Source: Escherichia phage AV111
Direction: 5' to 3' (one strand)
Length of the DNA: 64,000 nt
Sequence record: OR352941.1
In this document: positions 36,662 through 45,749 of the stretch, in pieces
Layout: each line of letters starts with the position of its first letter
Position numbering within the stretch: the stretch's first letter is position 1
Program-made: the position numbers and the translations under genes
The notes under the pieces: model-generated
The model's database searches: none
Seen by the model: only the letters and a program-made list of their open reading frames with translations
What the model was told of the DNA's origin: nothing

Positions 36662-37255
36662 TTATTTCAAAGAGTTAATATATTCTTGTACATCAGCAGA
36701 AGTGGTTTCAACACCAGCTGGAGTGCCATTGAACGTTTCAACACGAGTCAGAGTATCTTCGATATCAACCTTAGTCAGTGCAGCGATTTCAATTACATCA
36801 TCGGCCGTAGAGATACCAAGGGCATTAGCTGCTCGAGTTTCACGAATGTATTCGAGTTTGATTGCCAGATTCTGACGAGCATCATCAAGTTCAACCACCT
36901 TACGAGCAATTTCAATTCGCATAGCGGCATACCCATCAGCTTTTGTATTAAGTTGTTCGGCAGTTCGACGATACAGAAGACCAAGCTTAGCATGCATAGT
37001 AACATCTTGTCCTTCAGCCAGGAGCTTACGAATTTCACGTTCCTTAGAAGCGGCTTGCTTGTTCTTTTCATTAACAAGTTCGCGAATACGTTTTTCTTCA
37101 TTAATAGATTTAACAGAAGCCGTTTTTAGTTCTTTGATTTGGGTAATCAACTTATCTGCAGCTGCGTTATACTGTTCTTCGACAGTCAGATTTTTAGCCA
37201 TAGCAGTACCCAGTTTAGTGCGGATGAATTCAACAAGTTTCTTCAGTGTGTTCAT
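36662..37255 (-). CDS. coiled-coil protein
   Basis: ATG at 37253-37255 with SD AAAGGT; track start at 37270 is TTG; charged coiled-coil throughout. Confidence 0.5.
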   Translation of the reverse strand: MNTLKKLVEFIRTKLGTAMAKNLTVEEQYNAAADKLITQIKELKTASVKSINEEKRIRELVNEKNKQAASKEREIRKLLAEGQDVTMHAKLGLLYRRTAEQLNTKADGYAAMRIEIARKVVELDDARQNLAIKLEYIRETRAANALGISTADDVIEIAALTKVDIEDTLTRVETFNGTPAGVETTSADVQEYINSLK

Positions 37256-37296
37256 ATTATTACCTTTCAATTGGTGGTTTATTATCCAACGAGAGC

Positions 37297-37325
37297 ATTA
37301 TACTCTGCTCTCAAGAGTTTGTAAA
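37297..37325 (-). promoter_or_regulatory. early promoter
   Basis: Minus TTTACA-N17-TATAAT with GAGAGC/GCTCTC inverted repeat; paralog of 7063-7091. Confidence 0.5.
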
Positions 37326-37553
37326 TTATTTTTTAATCAAATTGACATAAAACTTGGCGTCTTCGGGGTGCATGCCTTCGCAGTATTCTTCAACCATGAA
37401 CTTCTTAACAGCTTCATAAGGACCACTCAGATTAAGCTCAGTTGTCCAGAACTTGGAATCTTGGGCTGAATCGATACGAACTTCAGGGTGTCGGTTGCGA
37501 ATAACTTCTTCGGTGTATTCATAATCAACGACATCAATACTAACTTTAGCCAT
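37326..37553 (-). CDS. hypothetical acidic protein
   Basis: 75 aa; early promoter 37583-37611. Confidence 0.5.
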   Translation of the reverse strand: MAKVSIDVVDYEYTEEVIRNRHPEVRIDSAQDSKFWTTELNLSGPYEAVKKFMVEEYCEGMHPEDAKFYVNLIKK

Positions 37554-37582
37554 TTTGTTTCTCCTCTTGATTTGATGTGATT

Positions 37583-37611
37583 ACTATAACATAAACGTAC
37601 TTAGATGTAAA
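37583..37611 (-). promoter_or_regulatory. early promoter
   Basis: Minus TTTACA-N17-TATAGT. Confidence 0.5.
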
Positions 37612-37765
37612 TTATTTCAACGTCACCTTTAGCTGCTTTATAACCTTCAGCCCAAGATACAACAGAGTTTTTATCTGAGGATTCAAATTCAGGCATTGGA
37701 CTTTCACCAATATTCACACAGTATGTTTCTTCATTTTCATCAAACCAAATAATTAAAGTAGTCAT
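37601..37765 (-). CDS. hypothetical small protein (53 aa, below ORF-track cutoff)
   Basis: Hand translation MTTLIIWFDENEETYCVNIGESPMPEFESSDKNSVVSWAEGYKAAKGDVEIIYI; SD GAGGAG; early promoter 37796-37824. Confidence 0.4.
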   Translation of the reverse strand: MTTLIIWFDENEETYCVNIGESPMPEFESSDKNSVVSWAEGYKAAKGDVEIIYI

Positions 37766-37795
37766 TTTGTTTACTCCTCTGTAGTTGATAAGTCT

Positions 37796-37824
37796 ATAGT
37801 ATCACCATCCTTGGGGCTTGTACA
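37796..37824 (-). promoter_or_regulatory. early promoter
   Basis: Minus TGTACA-N17-TACTAT. Confidence 0.5.
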
Positions 37825-37832
37825 TCATTATT

Positions 37833-38138
37833 TTATTTTTTCCAACTCAACAACTTGTAGTGCCCTTCATTCGTACGAGGTTTATCCCAAGAAATACTAA
37901 TATATGATTCGCTGTCAATAGAAGTCGCCGGGTTTTTCTCTACCGTAAGACCTTCACTTTCCAGCCACTCAATAGTATTTGCGCATAAATCTGAAGAACA
38001 CCTAATCGGAAACCGGCAAGATTTTTCACCTTTAGCTGCAGCGTTATACATCTTTTCTAAAATACGCTTTTGCACGTTTTTAAAAATAGTTTCAGCAGAT
38101 TCTTCAGATTTTTTATTCAGTTCAGTGTAAAGACTCAT
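37833..38138 (-). CDS. hypothetical protein
   Basis: 101 aa; early promoter 38167-38194. Confidence 0.5.
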   Translation of the reverse strand: MSLYTELNKKSEESAETIFKNVQKRILEKMYNAAAKGEKSCRFPIRCSSDLCANTIEWLESEGLTVEKNPATSIDSESYISISWDKPRTNEGHYKLLSWKK

Positions 38139-38166
38139 AACATTTTCCTCTGTGGTTGATAAGTCT

Positions 38167-38194
38167 ATAGTATCATGTCCTTAGAAGAAGTAAA
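38167..38194 (-). promoter_or_regulatory. early promoter
   Basis: Minus GTTTACT-N16-TACTAT. Confidence 0.5.
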
Positions 38195-38228
38195 CATCTT
38201 TATGAAATATTTTTATGCCCTAGATACC

Positions 38229-38255
38229 AAAAAGCCCCAACCTTTCGGAAGGGGC
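38229..38255 (-). terminator. intrinsic terminator
   Basis: Minus GCCCC-UUCCGAAAGG-UUGGGGC then UUUUU; near-identical to 38763-38790. Confidence 0.55.
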
Positions 38256-38261
38256 ATTCTA

Positions 38262-38525
38262 TTATTTAATTTGTTTAGCAGACCAGATACGGTCTTTAAT
38301 AAGTTTTTGGATATCTTCAACATACTCAAGGCTATGAGCGTGAGGATTATCTTTGAAGCTATGTGCTCGTGCCAGTTTCTGGCCTTCTGTTTTGATTACT
38401 AAAAGCTCTTTAAGAATTGCTTCATACTTAGAAATAATTCCTTTGGCGATATTTTTTTTCTTGAGCTGCTTTAGGGTCCGCTTTTGGCGCAGGTGCTTTA
38501 CCTGTAGCTTTCTGGAACAATTCAC
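38262..38525 (-). CDS. hypothetical basic protein; may be the shifted-frame continuation of 38428-38727
   Basis: 87 aa ORF overlapping the IP-like ORF by 98 nt across a T8 run at 38452-38459. Confidence 0.3.
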   Translation of the reverse strand: MNCSRKLQVKHLRQKRTLKQLKKKNIAKGIISKYEAILKELLVIKTEGQKLARAHSFKDNPHAHSLEYVEDIQKLIKDRIWSAKQIK

Positions 38526-38727
38526 CTGATGCAGCTAGGCTTTTAAAAACTCGGCTAACAGTATTAGCATTAGTAAAACCTTCGGCTTTAAAATCTCTAA
38601 TAAAACGGAAACGTTCTTCATCAGAGGCGTCTTTGTAAGAATATTTACCTGCTTGAATTGCTGCAATCGCAGCGGCTTTTACATCTGAACTAGATTGTTC
38701 AGTCAAAAATTCAGCGTATGATTTCAT
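38428..38727 (-). CDS. internal-protein-like (capsid-targeting leader)
   Basis: 99 aa; N-terminal MKSYAEFLTE; Ala/Lys/Pro-rich C-terminus. Confidence 0.5.
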   Translation of the reverse strand: MKSYAEFLTEQSSSDVKAAAIAAIQAGKYSYKDASDEERFRFIRDFKAEGFTNANTVSRVFKSLAASGELFQKATGKAPAPKADPKAAQEKKYRQRNYF

Positions 38728-38762
38728 GTTGCTTTTCCTAAGTTAATTAACTTATCTATTTA

Positions 38763-38790
38763 TTATTATGCCAAAAAGCCCCGACCTTTC
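38763..38790 (-). terminator. intrinsic terminator downstream of the structured-RNA region
   Basis: Minus AGCCCC-UUCCGAAAGGUC-GGGGCU then UUUUU. Confidence 0.55.
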
Positions 38791-39110
38791 GGAAGGGGCT
38801 AAGCCTTGCGGCAACCTTGTCGGGGTTCCACCTGCTAAGGCAAGTGTTTGTACGAAACGCCGGGATTCGAACCCGGTTATTAAGTAGTTGACGCTACTCA
38901 ATATTTTTAAAAGGCCATATCTCGACCATATCCGAACGTTCCGTCAAAAACGCTACTCGGCTTACGGCAAAGATATTTCCTCGAATCGATAATTCGGTGC
39001 GCCGTTTCTGCTGTGATGTAAGGGGATATTAACGAATCATAAAGATTTATTAAGACCAGTCCTTACTCAGGGAACATCAGTCCGACGACTTACCGGTAGC
39101 GACCCGGCTT
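38791..39110 (-). ncRNA. putative structured stable RNA region with tRNA-like acceptor/T-arm element (38851-38941)
   Basis: No ORF on either strand; perfect T-arm CCGGG-UUCGAAU-CCCGG at 38858-38874 flanked by pairing CGGAACG/CGUUUCG; further hairpins; bounded by tRNA-Arg region upstream and terminator 38763-38790 downstream. Confidence 0.35.
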
Positions 39111-39111
39111 C

Positions 39112-39456
39112 TTATTTTGGCATATCATCAATTTGCTCTCGACGCCGACGCCATAGATTAATCGCTTCATTGGCACATTCTGCGTTTGGTATATGACGGC
39201 AATAATATAATGATTCGCGTTTCTGGAACCGATGTTGTAATGGGATTTCGTTTAAAAGGTCTTTACGGTCAAAGTATTCAAAACTAGTTAACCCGGAACG
39301 GTTTTTAATGAACTTCCAATGTCCAAATTCATTTTGAACATAGATGTAATCGGCATGTTGGTATAACAAATTAATCAATCGGTCTGAAATAACTGTATCA
39401 TGTTCGTTAAAATAAAACGTTAAATCATGAACTACCAGATAAATATTGCCTTTCAT
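39112..39456 (-). CDS. hypothetical protein immediately downstream of tRNA-Arg
   Basis: ATG 39454-39456 with SD GAGGAAA; 114 aa. Confidence 0.45.
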   Translation of the reverse strand: MKGNIYLVVHDLTFYFNEHDTVISDRLINLLYQHADYIYVQNEFGHWKFIKNRSGLTSFEYFDRKDLLNEIPLQHRFQKRESLYYCRHIPNAECANEAINLWRRRREQIDDMPK

Positions 39457-39474
39457 ATTTTCCTCACTTAAAGT

Positions 39475-39550
39475 TGGTGCCTCTAGAAAGATTTGAACTC
39501 TCACCATTAACCTTAGAATGATTATATGCTATCCATTACACTATAGAGGC
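39475..39550 (-). tRNA. tRNA-Arg (anticodon UCU), CCA encoded
   Basis: Hand-folded 76 nt cloverleaf: acceptor GCCUCUA/UAGAGGC, D-stem GUGU/GCAU, anticodon stem UAAUC/GGUUA with loop AUUCUAA, T-arm GAGAG-UUCAAAU-CUUUC. Confidence 0.75.
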
Positions 39551-40201
39551 AATTAAATTATTTACAATATCTTCTTTATAAACTTCAGCATAATGAAGTT
39601 CATATATTTCCCATCCTAATGATTTTATAATATCATGGCGTTCTTTATAATAAGGGGCCAAAATCTTTTTCTTAGGATTGGAGTAATGTTGGTTTCCATT
39701 AACTTCAATAATAATCTTTTTATCTATTAAAGCAATATCCGTGCAATACGCTCGGTTTTTAACCGGTTGGTATTCTTCAATAAATGAAATTCCATTTTCT
39801 ATTAATTTAGATTTCAAAAATTCACAAGGCACAGATTTAAATTTTGTATTTTTCTTCCAAGGATGTTTATCGGGGTTTTCATTCAACCATTTTTTCCGAG
39901 CATTAGATATTTTTATTCTAGCTTCCTCAGAGTGTTCTCTACCTAATGAAGCGGCTGACAATTTTTGTCTAGTCTCTTCCGAAATTACTACAGGAACACC
40001 AGTCTTTTTAGATACAACATACTGGTTTAAATTACCTGAAGCTATACGTGCTTTATTCATTGCTGCAATGGCTGATTTAGAACTTTCTTTATACAATTCC
40101 AATTTAGGGTTGGATTTACACCATCTAGTGTGGTTAGCCATCCATCCTTTAGGTTTATTAGAAATATCAAATTCCATATTACAATGTTTACAAATGCTCA
40201 T
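39536..40201 (-). CDS. homing-endonuclease-like protein: Zn finger + NUMOD3-like repeats + DUF559/Vsr-like PD-(D/E)XK nuclease domain
   Basis: ATG at 40199-40201 (track start is TTG 40207); CKHC...WC; SEETRQKLSAASLG and SEEARIKISNARK; C-terminal IDKKIIIEVNGNQH...ERHDIIKSLGWEI; sits between tRNA genes. Confidence 0.6.
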   Translation of the reverse strand: MSICKHCNMEFDISNKPKGWMANHTRWCKSNPKLELYKESSKSAIAAMNKARIASGNLNQYVVSKKTGVPVVISEETRQKLSAASLGREHSEEARIKISNARKKWLNENPDKHPWKKNTKFKSVPCEFLKSKLIENGISFIEEYQPVKNRAYCTDIALIDKKIIIEVNGNQHYSNPKKKILAPYYKERHDIIKSLGWEIYELHYAEVYKEDIVNNLIASIV

Positions 40202-40275
40202 TACCAATTATCTCCTATAAAATATAGGAGTATTTATTATTTGGATAGAGCACTTAATTTACTTCGTTTAAATTA

Positions 40276-40347
40276 CTGGCGCACTTTGACTCGAACCAAG
40301 ATAAAGGAGTTAACAGCTCCCCGTAATAACCTTTATACGATGCACCA
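40276..40347 (-). tRNA. candidate tRNA-Asn (anticodon GUU), CCA not encoded
   Basis: Hand-folded 72 nt: acceptor UGGUGCA/UGCGCCA (one GU), anticodon stem GGGAG/CUCCU with loop CUGUUAA, T-loop UUCGAGU; one G-A mismatch in T-stem, 3-bp D-stem. Confidence 0.4.
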
Positions 40348-40353
40348 TTTGTT

Positions 40354-40428
40354 TGGTGACCCTGGCTGGTTTCGATCCAGCTACCTATCAGTTATGAGCT
40401 GACAGCTCTCCCATTGAGCTACAGGGCC
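40354..40428 (-). tRNA. tRNA with CAU anticodon (elongator Met or Ile2), CCA encoded
   Basis: Hand-folded 75 nt: acceptor GGCCCUG/CAGGGUC, D-arm GCUC-AAUGGGA-GAGC, anticodon loop CUCAUAA, T-stem GCUGG/CCAGC. Confidence 0.7.
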
Positions 40429-40507
40429 TAAATAACTTTCTATTATGAAAGGCACTTTAGAGCACCTTTGGTAATAGAGGGTATTAATTAATAATAACAC
40501 ATAATTC

Positions 40508-41023
40508 TTAAAGCAAATCAATCATTTTAACAGTTGGCAAAACGATTTCTTCTTCAATATAAGCAAATTCAACACATTCAACTACACGCAAGAAATCATA
40601 ATCATAATATTCAGAAGCATGACCAAGAATATCAATGAGACCTTCTGATACCAAATATCCATTCTCACGGAACAGGTCGAATACACGCGATTCGTCTTCT
40701 TCAGATTTATTACCAAGGTCGACTTCAATATCAAAGACCTTTTTAATGAATTCTGGATAAAGCTGGTCCGAGAACAGTCCTTCAACTAAGTATTCATAGA
40801 TTAAAAGTGAGCAATCACTGAATGGTGTATTACCACAGTAACGTTCAGCTTTAGTGCTGGAATGACGACTCTTAAATTTCTTCAAAAGATATTTAAACTG
40901 TTGGAGCTCATGCTCTTCCACACCAAATAACGTTTTGGTTTTATAGTTGTCGCCGTCATTTTCCCAAGTAGTGACATCAATTACGTAACCCTTAGGAATT
41001 GTACTGCCTAAACAAATATTCAT
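40508..41023 (-). CDS. hypothetical acidic protein
   Basis: 171 aa ORF. Confidence 0.5.
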   Translation of the reverse strand: MNICLGSTIPKGYVIDVTTWENDGDNYKTKTLFGVEEHELQQFKYLLKKFKSRHSSTKAERYCGNTPFSDCSLLIYEYLVEGLFSDQLYPEFIKKVFDIEVDLGNKSEEDESRVFDLFRENGYLVSEGLIDILGHASEYYDYDFLRVVECVEFAYIEEEIVLPTVKMIDLL

Positions 41024-41027
41024 TTAC

Positions 41028-41318
41028 TCACCGTACCATATTAATGTAATTATATTCAATGCAACGTAATTTCAAAGGATTCTTGAAAATATCATATTCA
41101 AGAGGACCTTTTTCTGTTTCAATAAAGAAATCAAAGTTCACACTATTAAATTTGCGGTCTTCCCAAAGTAATTTAACCTGTGAAGATGAACGGTCGACGT
41201 AAACCTTTTCAACTTCAAAGTGGGTCAAAATACCATAGTAATCGACTAGTGCTTTAGCTGCACGTTGATCGCTCTCATATCCGTTCTCGACAGATTTTAC
41301 TTTAGCATAAAGAATCAT
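41028..41318 (-). CDS. hypothetical protein
   Basis: 96 aa ORF. Confidence 0.5.
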   Translation of the reverse strand: MILYAKVKSVENGYESDQRAAKALVDYYGILTHFEVEKVYVDRSSSQVKLLWEDRKFNSVNFDFFIETEKGPLEYDIFKNPLKLRCIEYNYINMVR

Positions 41319-41686
41319 GAATGTTCCACCATTTCAAAGGTATGAGCATCAACAATATGATACCAGTCAAAATTTTCTTCCGCGTTTTTATAAATTTCGC
41401 GAAGAGCCTCAACAGTTTTTCCTGTAGCAACAAGGTCGTCAATACCACCAAGAGGATAACAGTCATAACCAGCAAACAGAAGGAAATTAATAGTTTCTGT
41501 AGGTTCTGGATGCAGTGTACCGTTGTCATCGACTACTTCAAAGAAAGTGTAAGAAGGAGTACAAGTTTTAATCCAAGCCCATGCTTGAGCTGCCGAATCA
41601 AATGGTCTGCGTATTAAACGACAATCAGGGTCTTTAGAAGGATTTGCTTCAAAATCCGCATATACGTGATATTTCATTTTACTCAC
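41315..41686 (-). CDS. hypothetical protein
   Basis: 123 aa ORF, coupled to neighbours. Confidence 0.5.
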   Translation of the reverse strand: MSKMKYHVYADFEANPSKDPDCRLIRRPFDSAAQAWAWIKTCTPSYTFFEVVDDNGTLHPEPTETINFLLFAGYDCYPLGGIDDLVATGKTVEALREIYKNAEENFDWYHIVDAHTFEMVEHS

Positions 41687-41886
41687 CTTTTTGCAATTTT
41701 ATCCATAACGATAGCGATTAAACCGATTAGAAATGCTACTACCAATGAGATAGAATTTTCAGTTGTTGTCAGTAGTCCGCAAATGAATCCTACAAACATC
41801 GAAAAACTAAAAGCCATTGAAGCAATTACTACAGCAACATTACGAATCAGTTCAGCGCGTTTCATTTTATTTCTCCATTTACTCAT
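41683..41886 (-). CDS. small membrane protein
   Basis: 67 aa, two TM segments; early promoter 41903-41932. Confidence 0.5.
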   Translation of the reverse strand: MSKWRNKMKRAELIRNVAVVIASMAFSFSMFVGFICGLLTTTENSISLVVAFLIGLIAIVMDKIAKR

Positions 41887-41902
41887 TTGTTTTGATAGGA
41901 CT

Positions 41903-41932
41903 ACTATAACATAATCCTATCAGCATGTAAAC
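41903..41932 (-). promoter_or_regulatory. early promoter (stem-loop cassette family)
   Basis: Minus GTTTACA-N17-TATAGT in TAGGACTA...TAGGATTA near-palindrome. Confidence 0.55.
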
Positions 41933-41935
41933 TAC

Positions 41936-42223
41936 TTACAGAAGAGTTTTTGCAATAATTTTAAGCTGAGCTACAGAAATATGCTTAGCTTTAAACAGTG
42001 CAGTCTCTTCAGCCGGAGAGATAACAATAGTAGCGCCGTCTTTCTTAGCAGACCATCCATCCCCTAAGTAAACAGTACCTTTTACTTCTTCGCCGTCAAC
42101 CAGACTAATCATTGGTTTACCCTCACGTCCTTTATTTGTTTTAATAACTTCGGAAGTAAGGGTTGCTTCGGTCAGAGTAGAAACGTTAGCATCAGGTGAT
42201 ATAAATTCTTTATAGGTTTTCAT
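41936..42223 (-). CDS. ipI: internal protein I (injected anti-restriction protein)
   Basis: 95 aa as in T4 IPI; MKTYKEFISP leader; adjacent to 57B as in T4; early promoter 42258-42287. Confidence 0.7.
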   Translation of the reverse strand: MKTYKEFISPDANVSTLTEATLTSEVIKTNKGREGKPMISLVDGEEVKGTVYLGDGWSAKKDGATIVISPAEETALFKAKHISVAQLKIIAKTLL

Positions 42224-42242
42224 TTTATTTCCTTGAGGTCGT

Positions 42243-42985
<743 letters not shown>

Positions 42986-42989
42986 TTTA

Positions 42990-43724
42990 TTACCTTAAGA
43001 TTTTTTCAATTTTAGAATAAAGCTCTTCTAAAGAGCCGTCGTTTGTAATAACTAAATCGCCTTCTTCAATAGGCAACCCAGCTTCTGTAATATGTTTATC
43101 AGTGGATTCCGTACCAGAGCGAACCACATGAATAACTGTAGCACCCATCGCTCTAGCGGTTTCCATTTCATGGACTTGGCGTGTATCGGTCACAACGTAG
43201 TAATCGAAATCACTTCCAATATAATCCATATAGTTTAATGCAAAAAGCTTAACCCAATACATACGGTCAAATAAATTAACGACAACATCCGTACCGAGGG
43301 CTTGCATAAGACGGCGGATCGACCACGTGTCGTTGATATTATTTATAGCTTCACGCAGGGCTTCGTACGGTTTAATATCTAGATATGAGTATCCACCTTC
43401 TAAGGATGATAATACTTTAACATTATTAATTGGTAAATATTGACTTTGTAAATAAATTAGCGCTTCTTCCATTAATTCAATAACATCCAACTTATTGATA
43501 TTTAATGGTGTTTCACGGTCATATCCGACACCTTCAAAGTATTCGTATTTCAACTCCGTGAATACATCAGGGTTTTCAGCATGTTTACGCCCCCAGGCTA
43601 TTGCTAGAGCGTCTTTAATCGGATATGCCAATTGATATTTTACGGATTTAAAGTTTGAATTGATGTAATCAGCAGTAGTGTCTTTACCACTACGTTTGAT
43701 GCCGCTTAAAAAGATTAGCTCCAT
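42990..43724 (-). CDS. 1: gp1 deoxynucleoside monophosphate kinase
   Basis: 244 aa; MELIFLSGIKRSGKDTTADY P-loop as in T4 gp1; SD GAGGAAAA. Confidence 0.9.
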   Translation of the reverse strand: MELIFLSGIKRSGKDTTADYINSNFKSVKYQLAYPIKDALAIAWGRKHAENPDVFTELKYEYFEGVGYDRETPLNINKLDVIELMEEALIYLQSQYLPINNVKVLSSLEGGYSYLDIKPYEALREAINNINDTWSIRRLMQALGTDVVVNLFDRMYWVKLFALNYMDYIGSDFDYYVVTDTRQVHEMETARAMGATVIHVVRSGTESTDKHITEAGLPIEEGDLVITNDGSLEELYSKIEKILR

Positions 43725-43777
43725 AGGTTTTCCTCATATAATTTATGAATGATTATAACATACGGAGCTAGAAGCGA

Positions 43778-44362
43778 TTAACGCAAGGAAGGGTGTCTAG
43801 AAATGGATTTAGATTCGACCGCTTGACGTGGTTGTTGAGATACAATGACTTCACCATCCTTTTCTATCGTCATATACGCGTAGTGAATAGTTGCTACGCA
43901 CGTAACGGCAGGGTCAGAGTCTTCAGTGTAACTAAATTCAATTTCACTCAAATCAGAAATCCATGGTTTATAGAAATTTGCCGTCAAAACTACTTCGGTC
44001 TTATTGTTGTTTAAAATGTGCAAAGTAACAAACTCAGGACCATCAGAGTGGGCCGTATTATGTCCTGTTATATAGTTATTAGTGCTGAGCATCCATTTAT
44101 ACATGTTCATCCAGGACGTCATGTCTTCATCAACTATAAATCGTACAACAAAAGGGTCGTATTCAAATGTGGTGCCTGCACGCATTGCACGTCCTAACCC
44201 CATTGTGCCTGTCACAGTTTCAACAACAGGAATTCTCACACCTGGTAATGGTGCCGTCTGGGCATTGAGCACAAAACCTGAAGTTCGTGTACTATCCGGG
44301 ATATCCACAACAAAGTTTGTTATATTTGTTTGGTTAAAAATCTGTCTCGTTGGACGAGTCAT
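43778..44362 (-). CDS. 3: gp3 tail completion / tube terminator
   Basis: Position between genes 1 and 2; ATG 44360-44362 with SD GAGGTG (track start is GTG 44368); about 18 aa longer than T4 gp3. Confidence 0.7.
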   Translation of the reverse strand: MTRPTRQIFNQTNITNFVVDIPDSTRTSGFVLNAQTAPLPGVRIPVVETVTGTMGLGRAMRAGTTFEYDPFVVRFIVDEDMTSWMNMYKWMLSTNNYITGHNTAHSDGPEFVTLHILNNNKTEVVLTANFYKPWISDLSEIEFSYTEDSDPAVTCVATIHYAYMTIEKDGEVIVSQQPRQAVESKSISRHPSLR

Positions 44363-44464
44363 AAGCACCTCAAAAACGCTTTAATAAAAATGCAGTATAA
44401 TGGTTTTAGGTCTCTTCCATTAATCCGGTTCAACAGAATATCAGAAGAACGGAAGAGAATAGAA

Positions 44465-45286
44465 TTAAGATTTCCAAACAGTATTCGCAGAGAAACGTTT
44501 TCCTTTTGACATAAACTGCTGAGTAGGTAACATGATTATGTTAGCCCAGTCTTTAGGAGCTATTTCTGTTATTGTTCCTCTAATGTGGCCTGGCAGGTAT
44601 GCTTTAATCATTTTGTCAGCACCTTGAAATCCTTTCACCTTGCTCCAGTCTATCTTCAACTTTGTGTTATTAGTAATAGTAGTTGTGCTAGCATATTGCT
44701 TCAGCAATTCTTCAAGAAACTGTTGACGTGCTTTAGGTGGGATATAGTGCAAGTTTAACCCGTACATCAAATTATGTTTACCTAATCCCAAATAAATAAT
44801 TAAAGGATATCGGTCCCAGTATGGCAGAGTATCTTTATGTTTAGCATCATACACGTAAGTATAAATTTTGCCTGGCGTAGGCTTGACTACTTTATGGCCT
44901 TTTACACTTTTCTTAATTGTTTCAACGAACCACTTAGATGATTTGTTGTTTACTGCTGCGCCTTCATTTCTAATCTTTTCTCGTATTGAACTGCGAAACG
45001 AGTTTATCATCAGAAGTTGACGTTCTTGCTTATTGAGTTTATTTTTAGGTTTAGATTCAAGCGTTTCAATTTTCTGTGCAGTCTTAATAGATGATGCATA
45101 TCTAGACATTGCAGATGTAAACGACGAGTATTTTATTCCTTTTGATTCTGCAAATGCTTTTGCAGTGATTCCTTTCTCTTTAGCTTTCTTGTATTCTAAT
45201 CCTATCTCAATCCATTTTCTTTCATTCATAGACTGAGCAATCTTAGGGGCTTGTACGCCTTCAGATATAATTTGGAATATGCTCAT
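44465..45286 (-). CDS. 2: gp2 DNA end-protector protein
   Basis: 273 aa (T4 gp2 274 aa), position between genes 3 and 4. Confidence 0.8.
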   Translation of the reverse strand: MSIFQIISEGVQAPKIAQSMNERKWIEIGLEYKKAKEKGITAKAFAESKGIKYSSFTSAMSRYASSIKTAQKIETLESKPKNKLNKQERQLLMINSFRSSIREKIRNEGAAVNNKSSKWFVETIKKSVKGHKVVKPTPGKIYTYVYDAKHKDTLPYWDRYPLIIYLGLGKHNLMYGLNLHYIPPKARQQFLEELLKQYASTTTITNNTKLKIDWSKVKGFQGADKMIKAYLPGHIRGTITEIAPKDWANIIMLPTQQFMSKGKRFSANTVWKS

Positions 45287-45288
45287 AA

Positions 45289-45738
45289 TTACCCCTTGTA
45301 TCCGAGTTTCCTAAGTCCGTCTTCGGTTAGAACTCGAAATTTTATATTTCTCTTTTCAGCAACAGCTGAAGCAGCTTTCCATTTGTCACAGTTCACAGAC
45401 CAGGTGTATATTTCATTCATATAACGTTTCTTTGCTGCGGTAGTAAGATTTGCAGGCTTAATAGGTGGCTGAGTTTCTTTCTTTGGTTTTATTTCTACAA
45501 AGAACTCTTGGCCTGATGCATCTTTCATCCATATGTCCATATAGTATCGACGTTTCTTGCCTTCAGCATTACAAAAATATGGAATTACTGCTGTTTCACT
45601 ACCCCATGCAATAATTTCTGGATTTTTATCCAACCATTCGAAAAAGAATTTTTCCCAGTTTGAACGATACGTTATTTTGGTATGGTCTCCACGGTATTTT
45701 TTTAAATTTTTCGGGACCCATTTACCAGAGTAGGCCAT
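45289..45738 (-). CDS. 4: gp4 head completion protein
   Basis: Start at MAYSGKWVP (ATG 45736-45738) with SD AAGGAGG gives 149 aa; late promoter upstream. Confidence 0.8.
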   Translation of the reverse strand: MAYSGKWVPKNLKKYRGDHTKITYRSNWEKFFFEWLDKNPEIIAWGSETAVIPYFCNAEGKKRRYYMDIWMKDASGQEFFVEIKPKKETQPPIKPANLTTAAKKRYMNEIYTWSVNCDKWKAASAVAEKRNIKFRVLTEDGLRKLGYKG

Positions 45739-45749
45739 GTTGTCCTCCT

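Noticed and set aside
36611-37129. 172 aa plus-strand ORF
   Set aside because: Antisense to the coiled-coil gene 36662-37255 in a region where every supported gene, promoter and SD is on the minus strand; low-complexity composition. The same reasoning applies to the other plus-strand ORFs below 45.7 kb (822-1274, 2569-3057, 39741-40220, 41321-41617 and similar).
36662-37255. PspA/IM30-family assignment for the coiled-coil protein
   Set aside because: Similarity is limited to coiled-coil composition and length; no specific conserved motif could be aligned from memory.
38851-38941. Canonical class II tRNA at the T-arm-containing element
   Set aside because: Acceptor and T-arm pair well, but the intervening 58 nt cannot be folded into D-arm, anticodon arm and variable arm; kept only as a tRNA-like structured RNA.
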